A DNA stretch of 63,997 bases, the filler included, from Licmophora abbreviata (Eukaryota), in the NCBI GenBank assembly GCA_900291995.1. It is 12 parts of 12 records of this genome, joined end to end, with 100 filler letters (N's around TTAATTAATTAA, not from the genome) between each part and the next. Parts side by side here need not be neighbours in the genome. Positions count along the whole stretch, not along the records: positions 47,654 to 58,003 come from OLMU01002966.1; positions 58,104 to 62,566 come from OLMU01002967.1; positions 62,667 to 63,997 come from OLMU01002980.1; 9 more parts are not named here. The stretch is one strand, 5' to 3'. This document shows, one piece after another, positions 57,055 through 63,997 of the stretch (position 1 is the stretch's first letter; each line of letters begins with the position of its first letter). Below the pieces are notes generated by a model. That model ran no database searches and was not told where the DNA came from. It saw nothing but the letters and a program-made list of their open reading frames with translations. A program made the position numbers and the translations under genes.

Positions 57055-57909
57055 ATGACCATTCGCATCGTCACACATAGATTTCTTCAGCGTGTTGGAC
57101 GAGAGAAATGGGCGATCCGTGACAATTCAAAGCGACGAATTCACTCCAGACTACCGTCCGTCCCAGTGGTATCGAAAGACATTGAGCCTGGTGACATAGC
57201 AGATGCCACTGAGACCATTAGGCAATCCTTTGCTACACAAGAGCCTGTTCTACTACGTCGAGCCGTTTTAAACGCAGATGCAATTACAAAGTGGAACACA
57301 TGGGATCACTTGGAGCAGTCGGTGCCTTCGGACACAATCGTACATGTGGAGATTGGCGGAAGCTACAATGGTGCCGGTCAGAGAAGCGACATACGGTTCG
57401 CAGACTACATTCTCTATCTTCGATTCTTTGAAGAGCAGTATGGTAAAGGTGGTGACGCGCTTCCTCCGCCCGAGAATCTTGTGTATCTAGCCCAAAATGA
57501 CATACCAGAAAAGCTCCTTGACGACTTTGAAATTCCACCGTTTTGCTCGTGTGTTGGAGAAGGGAGACGTTACAGTACCATGGTTTGGATCGGTCCCTAT
57601 GGATGCGTCTCGCCTCTTCATTTTGACCCATTGGATAATGCTCTGATGCAATTTGTAGGCTCCAAACGGGTGATACTCCTGCCACCCAGCACAGTTGTTT
57701 ACGCGGGAGAGGATGGCAACCAGTCGAATACATCTCCGATAGATCCAGAGTCCGCGCTGGATCTCGACAAGTATCCATTGCTGGCAGACATCCCATTGTC
57801 AATGGAGTGTATCCTTCACCCCGGCGATGTCTTGTACATTCCGAAGCGATGGTGGCATCATGTGCGAACACTCGAAACGAGCGTCAGTGTGAACTGTTGG
57901 TGGCGGTGA
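57055..57909 (+). CDS. JmjC (cupin-8) hydroxylase, JMJD5/KDM8-like
   Basis: VHVEIG, YLAQ, WIGP...SPLHFDP, QFVGSKRV and PGDVLYIPKRWWHHV. Confidence 0.88.
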   Translation: MTIRIVTHRFLQRVGREKWAIRDNSKRRIHSRLPSVPVVSKDIEPGDIADATETIRQSFATQEPVLLRRAVLNADAITKWNTWDHLEQSVPSDTIVHVEIGGSYNGAGQRSDIRFADYILYLRFFEEQYGKGGDALPPPENLVYLAQNDIPEKLLDDFEIPPFCSCVGEGRRYSTMVWIGPYGCVSPLHFDPLDNALMQFVGSKRVILLPPSTVVYAGEDGNQSNTSPIDPESALDLDKYPLLADIPLSMECILHPGDVLYIPKRWWHHVRTLETSVSVNCWWR

Positions 57910-58511
57910 CTATTTTGTGAGTTCTTTGCTCTCACTCTCCTCACACGATGCATCAAAGCTAGCTACTATTTTAATCGATTGCTTGCCTTTCTACAATAGT
58001 CTANNNNNNNNNNNNNNNNNNNNNNNNNNNNNNNNNNNNNNNNNNNNTTAATTAATTAANNNNNNNNNNNNNNNNNNNNNNNNNNNNNNNNNNNNNNNNN
58101 NNNGACGTAGCCCCGACCCAGGACCGGAATTCCAGTATGTAATACATACACTAAGTTCTATCTCATTCAATGCATCTTCGGAGCTTGAGGATGCGAATCA
58201 CGAACGACCAATACGCGGCAAGCGCGCGCCTGCTACGAAAAAATACGTCATGACAATCACGAATTATCAAAAATTGATGTGAGCGATAAGTAAATCTGGC
58301 GGGAAAGGTCGACCAGGCGCCATTGAAGTTGCGAACTCATGCAAGATGCGCGCAAAAAGTTTTCGAAAGGAAATCTTGTTGGTACGAACGCGACCATCTT
58401 AGGCCACATGGAAGACTCTTTGTCTTGTGTCGACCTGCTTAGGGATCTATCTTCTTTTAATAACGTGGGATTGGTCGTCGGTGTGTCTCAGGTGGTTCTG
58501 GTGTCGATAAA

Positions 58512-59360
58512 ATGGAGAAGCAGTCTTTCGCTCCTCTGTCGCGGCCGTTCCTGTTTCTGGCTCAGTTCTTTTCCGAGCATCAAGATACAGAAACAGTCTT
58601 GAAGCCGTCTACGTCCGCCGATACGATTGAAACATGCGCAACAGATATCTCCTCTTCTTCGTGCGAGTCTTCGCAACAAGAGAATGAGAACTCCGTGGCG
58701 AGAAAAACCAAGAATCGCGGACTCGCGGCTCCCCAGCCCTCGGATTCGGATGATGATTCAATCATGACTGACGGGCTTCGACGGAGGACACACCACCGTC
58801 GTGTTCGATTCGGAGACGATGAAAATGATGACTCCGTATCTGTGGAGGTGCTGGGACCCCTCTTGGTACCGGCATCGGAAATGAGAAAGTCTGAACGACG
58901 TACGAGATGGTGGAAGAAAGATGAAATCTTGCGAAATGTGAAAGAAGCCGCAAATGTGGGAAGTCACGATGAAGAACGTAATGACCAGGACGAACTCTTG
59001 TCAAGAGCCCTAGCGCAGACATTTCTTAAGTGCGTTGGTGGCGATGAGAGTGTCCTGAAGGATGATGATCGGGAGAGTATTGCGGGGTGGACACGGCACG
59101 CAGAGTCAAAACGGGGACTCGAGCGATTCGTCATTCCGGAATTCGGCAGGCAACGAACTCAAGAACGAACCTCAAGCATATCGGGAGTATTGAGAGTCCA
59201 AAAGATCCTACGCCAATCTCAATCCTCCGAAGAAACTGCAGATTACCTTCGAAACGTATCGATGCATTTCACCAAGAGTGCACGATTGTTTGCTCTCCTC
59301 ATGGCGGAAGCGGACGCTGACGCGGCCACTCAACAAGATGATGATGAAGAGGAGGTTTAG
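58512..59360 (+). CDS. Hypothetical protein (RVRF...WW...RGLE pattern typical of diatom-expanded families)
   Basis: 282-aa ORF containing RRVRFG, RWWKKDE, KRGLERF and SARLFALLMAEAD. Confidence 0.65.
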   Translation: MEKQSFAPLSRPFLFLAQFFSEHQDTETVLKPSTSADTIETCATDISSSSCESSQQENENSVARKTKNRGLAAPQPSDSDDDSIMTDGLRRRTHHRRVRFGDDENDDSVSVEVLGPLLVPASEMRKSERRTRWWKKDEILRNVKEAANVGSHDEERNDQDELLSRALAQTFLKCVGGDESVLKDDDRESIAGWTRHAESKRGLERFVIPEFGRQRTQERTSSISGVLRVQKILRQSQSSEETADYLRNVSMHFTKSARLFALLMAEADADAATQQDDDEEEV

Positions 59361-60080
59361 GACGAAAATCAAGGCATTTCCTCAAGGATTCTAGTCGAGA
59401 CCAACAGATGAACATATACTGCGGTCAAACTTCCCGCAGAGATGCTCTCGGCAAGATGTCTACAGAGCCGCCTACATTCGATGTACCAATTGCATTGCCT
59501 TACCACTGCTTGTTTAGCTTAGTACTGTAGCAAACTGCACATAATGCCCTCTAAAAGAATGCGTTGAGGCCTGAATGCTTTTTCCAGGTGTAAAGTAGAC
59601 CTAGAAGCATATTGCAGACCCGACATACAGTCGTACATTACATCAGCGTAGCACCCTTCTACTCGCAGGTCTACGAGGTTCCTAGTCTACATGCTAGCCT
59701 GTTACGTTCTGACATCGTCTTGCTGTGAGCCGTACAAAACTACGTCACACCAACAGTAAAAGTCTAGCGCTCGTAATGATCCATTTTATCCCATTTTCAA
59801 CAGTTTTCTCTCAACAAGGTGAACATGAGCGCTCGGAATTTTGCTCTGGCGCGGGCTTTTCTTTTTCATTGAAGTTCCAAGTGAAAGCAGCACAGAGGTT
59901 GCATCAGCATCCGTGTGGACACAGGCTACGTCTCGAGTTTGCTCTTCCACCCTCCAAAGGTCTCAGCGATTGGCGCTCTCTTATGATAACAAAGTCTGGA
60001 CAAGAGGAGCAAAATCACAGAAGCAACCCTTGGATTTTTTTCTTCAGGGGCCCGAAAACTTGAAACTCCGCCAAAACAGC

Positions 60081-62097
60081 ATGACTTCGTTTGGAGTCAA
60101 GTCAGTGACGCTATTCTTCGTCTTTACAGTCATAATATGCGAGTCAAACGCATTTTCTCCCGTGCCAAGATTTGAGCAGTCGACTGGAAATAGGCTACGT
60201 TTGGCCGGTGGCGAAGGTGGCGACTCGGAGTGGATCAAGGCGCTGGAGGAAAGCACATCCGCCATCCCAGGAGACTTTGAGAAGGAAATGAAGATGAAGG
60301 GATTGCTGGGAAGTACGGGGACGAGTGGCAACACGAAACTGACATCAAACGCAAACTTGATCAAGTGGCTGGAGGAAGAGGGAGACGTGTACATGAGCGA
60401 ATCGTCGTCGTGGGGTGAAGCGCCACATCCCATGGCCATTTCGACCGAAACCACGGATGAAATCACCAACGAGAGCTCTGGGCGGGGTCTTCTGGCGAGG
60501 CGTGACATAAATGATGGCGATGAACTTCTTATCATTCCCATGGACTTGTGTATTACCAAAAAGTCGGCTCGAAAGGCACTCGGAAAGGATGTCTTTTCGT
60601 CCGAGACAAACGAATACTTGGCTATGGCGTGCCAACTCATTCACGAGCGATACGTCATGGGCGACAAATCGTCTTTCAAACCTTATATTGACATTCTTCC
60701 GGAAGTCGACGAGGTGAATCCTACGTTTACGTGGAGCGATGAGGACCTGTCCTTCTTGGAAGGCTCGCCTGTGATTGCCGCAACGCGCAGCCTCCAAATG
60801 AAGCTGCAACGTGAGTACGATGCTCTACTTGGAGGCGAGGATGGACTCCTCAACAAGTTTGAGGATCGATTTCCAAAAGAGGTGAGATTCAATCAGTACG
60901 CCACGTGTGACATTAGACAGAGCAAGGCACTGCAACTCATAGTCGTCGTCTCTGCGTCCCTACTCTAGCACTTTACATATGAGAACTGGGTCTGGGCTTT
61001 CACAATGCTGTTTTCGAGGGCGATTCGGCTACGTAATCTTGAGCAAGGCGAGACACTGGCATTGGTACCATACGCCGACTTGATCAATCATTCTTGCTTT
61101 TCGCAGGCTTACATCGACGCTCGACTGACTGGCGACTGGCTGTTCAAGACGGGCGGAGAAGAGGTCATTCTGTACGCTGACCGTGGATACCGTCGCATGG
61201 AGCAGGTACAGTGTGTGGGCATACCTTCTGCCAACTGTGCCATTAATGATGCCTCCTGTGCGTTCTTACGAATATTTGCTCTTGCGTCTCGTTGCAGATC
61301 TACATTTCGTACGGTCCCAAGTCGAATGCTGACCTCTTGCTGCTCTATGGCTTTGCTGTGGAGCGAAATCCATTCAACTCGGTAGATGTGACGGTCTCGA
61401 TTGCACCTCGTACAGAATCCTTTGTCAAGGAGATTGCTAGCGGCGAAGTGCAAGTGGATCCGCTCGCAAGCGAAAAGGTGGAGTTCCTAGGATCGGTTGG
61501 CAGAGACAATACCGTGGACTTTCCGTGCTACGCCGATCGATACCCAGTTGAAATGTTGGAATACCTTCGCTTGATGCAAATGACAGAAGATGACACACGG
61601 TAAGTAGTTGGATAGCCCATGTGATATACGCAAGATATTACCGACATTTAGAGTCTCATCCAGCTTCCAACGTTGCACTCTGCAGCGGTAAACCACTCAA
61701 AGAGTTTGATTTCTCTCGAACCATCTCACCTGCCAACGAAGCTGCGGTGTTGACGTCTGTGATTGATGCCGTCAGACGTCAGTTGAGCAAGTATCCCAAC
61801 GCTGAGGAAGACGACGCGGCACTGATCAAGGACAAGGGAATGTTCCGTCTGTTGTCGTACAATCAACGCATGGCCGTCAGGCACCGTCGAAACGAAAAGC
61901 GATTATTGAAGCGAACGATTGCGGCCCTGGAGAGACAGATAATTCAACAAGGACTAGATATTGAGCAGCTGGACCGCGCCGAGGGAAGTACGCTGGGCAA
62001 GGTGCTCCCAGGAGATGCGAGCAGGTACGGCGCGAAGCAAAGGACCGCACTGGAAGATCGCCTCGAAAAGATGGGGCTCCCTGTCGACTTGAAGTAA
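60081..62097 (+). CDS. Plastid SET-domain Rubisco LSMT-like methyltransferase (exons 60081-60881, 60969-61205, 61299-61598, 61687-62097)
   Basis: SNAFSP presequence, GRGLLARRDI, LVPYADLINH and ISYGPKSNADLLLLYGF. Confidence 0.9.
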
Positions 62098-62815
62098 ATG
62101 GATGCGTCTTGATCCAATCATATCTAGCTTAGGCACATTATTAGGCGATTGCGGCACGTTCCTCGTCTACAGATGATGCATTGGACAGGGCCTTGCAGAG
62201 CTAGCTAGGATGTATGTAGATCCAGGTACCTTTCATCGTCCTGGAGGAATGAAGTGTCAGTCACGACCAGGCCGTCACCATCCAGTCGTGAGTGACGTGT
62301 TATGGTCATGTGACAGCATGCGGAAAAACATCAGCATCGCGACCACCGAAGTCAGCGTCGACCATGATATATTTTCTGTAAAGCTTCGATCTGCGTCTTC
62401 ATTTGCAGTGCTCACACCGCTACAGTGGATTGCTACATTTGACCGAGAAAATGAGATTTGTTCGGAGACGAACAGTGCTGAAACCTTTCTTGCTCGTCCT
62501 ACTGAGTTGCTGTGCACGGCACAGAAGCCTTGTCGACGCGCTCTCGGGTCACGGGCAAAACATTCGNNNNNNNNNNNNNNNNNNNNNNNNNNNNNNNNNN
62601 NNNNNNNNNNTTAATTAATTAANNNNNNNNNNNNNNNNNNNNNNNNNNNNNNNNNNNNNNNNNNNNATTACAATCCGTGCTAAAGGAAAGTGACGTTTGG
62701 GTCGGTCCCTGACTCAGTTTCGACGAAGAAAGACTGATGCCTCACATTTTCGATTTTCGGTCGGCACCAACGTGCGCACTTCTTCTTATATTCTTCTAGC
62801 ATCACACTCATCATC

Positions 62816-63513
62816 ATGAAGTACACTGCCTTCGCGTCCATTGTTCTCGTTGCCTCCGCCTCGGCCTTCGCTCCTTCCACGAGCAACGGTCGTGCTGCCA
62901 CGTCGCTTGAGGCCAAGAAGAATGCCGCTGCTGAGCCCGCCAAGGTTCCCCTGGCCAATCGCGTCTTCGGTCTGGACTTGTTCGCCCCCAAGGCTGACCA
63001 GAACAACTACGGTGCCCGGAGCAAGAAGAACTTGAAGATCGGCAAGATCACTGGCAAGTCCTACGTGCCTTCTGGTTTGAGCGCTGCCCAGTACGAGAAG
63101 ATCCGTACGCAGGAGGCTGCTAAAAAGGAAGCCAACTACCAGAGGAACGTCAAGAAAGCTGGAAAGTTCATCGACTTCACTGACTGGTACCTGAAGCGTG
63201 GCACCGAAGAAACGTTCGGATGGAAGAGTGCCACCAATGGTCACACCATGGTCAAGACCAAGTACGACTGGACCGGTGAGTTTTTTGCTGCCTGCTCGAC
63301 TGATGACTCGTCATGCGCACATGCTCTAGAAATCTCGTCTCGTGCGTGTGCTCGTCTCTCCAGCACATCCACCGTACTTACATACTTTTGATTTACCTTG
63401 GCCTTGACGACATATTAGGCTTGAAGGACAAGACTCTATGGGCCAAGGAGGTGAAGTCCACCGCGAAGAATCCCTTTGCCATCAAGGCCACGAAGAGTAA
63501 CAAGAAGAAGTAA
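62816..63513 (+). CDS. Plastid-targeted basic protein of unknown function (exons 62816-63275, 63419-63513)
   Basis: Perfect ASAFAP bipartite presequence; strong C/T-ending codon bias; Lys-rich. Confidence 0.85.
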
Positions 63514-63854
63514 AGCACATGGTGCAAGTAGTACCGGGACAACTCAATGGCTCAATCGGATGTCCTGACGTCGAAAGATAAAGTACTGTAGATAGAATAG
63601 GATTACTTCAACGCTGCTGTTAGTAACAGATTCTAATATACGAAGTACTCGCTAGAGGCCGAGCAACGTACGTCTTCCCGAAGGTCAAGCTGCCCCACAC
63701 GCCGGGTCTGTCCGCCTCACCTCCAAATGGATTCCTTGCTTTTCGCTTTTCTTTTGTCGAGATGACACGCCGCGAGCAAGGCAACTGATGACAACACTGA
63801 TGAAGGAGCATGACTGAGCCAAAGCCTCTCGAAACCCAGCAACAAGATAGCGCC

Positions 63855-63997
63855 ATGGAGGATGCGCCAATGGGCAAGCAAGATGAAGAGAGTAGAAAAC
63901 GGAAACTGGAGGAAACAAGAGAGACTACGAAATCTGAAGAGACGAAGGACGTGCCGCCGACATCCGAGCATGTCACAACAGCAATCAATGAAGCGGC
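63855..63997 (+). CDS. 5' end of a gene truncated by the window edge (MEDAPMGKQDEESRKRKLEE...)
   Basis: ATG in CGCCATGG context and an open frame to the end of the window. Confidence 0.45.
   Translation, partial: MEDAPMGKQDEESRKRKLEETRETTKSEETKDVPPTSEHVTTAINEA

Larger units (their letters stand above)
7257..62666. other. Eleven artificial 100-nt scaffold linkers (N44-TTAATTAATTAA-N44) at 7257, 11927, 17238, 28325, 37387, 40289, 42891, 44937, 47554, 58004, 62567
   Basis: Identical N-padded spacer with stop codons in all six frames. Confidence 0.97.

Noticed and set aside
7257..62666. Regularly recurring TTAATTAATTAA palindrome as a repeat family, CRISPR array or piggyBac-like site
   Set aside because: It is always centred in exactly 100 nt of N padding, so it is an assembly spacer.

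Overview
Gene-dense eukaryotic genomic DNA, very likely from a diatom. It has short GT-AG introns, bipartite ASAFAP-type plastid presequences and diatom-type LRR and ankyrin-like families. The window holds about 38 protein-coding loci and is broken by eleven artificial 100-nt N/TTAATTAATTAA scaffold linkers. Most genes are housekeeping: V-ATPase d, AP-1 gamma, Sec24, Atx1, Erv1, Prx6, Surf6, Deg protease, Slu7, RPE, RluA, JMJD5, LSMT and others. I saw no rRNA, tRNA, CRISPR array or clear transposase. The most notable observations are: (1) a near-perfect 43-bp palindrome-rich element duplicated at similar distances upstream of the adjacent COG0523/CobW metallochaperone and pirin genes; (2) a Slu7 whose zinc knuckle appears to be replaced by a Tudor-like module; (3) an RPE paralog missing two of four catalytic/metal residues; (4) a SAP domain inserted in the CobW GTPase; (5) an LRR receptor-like gene built from 72-nt phase-1 exons; and (6) three single-base frameshifts that may be sequencing errors. 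All family assignments come from motif recognition by eye, not from database searches.
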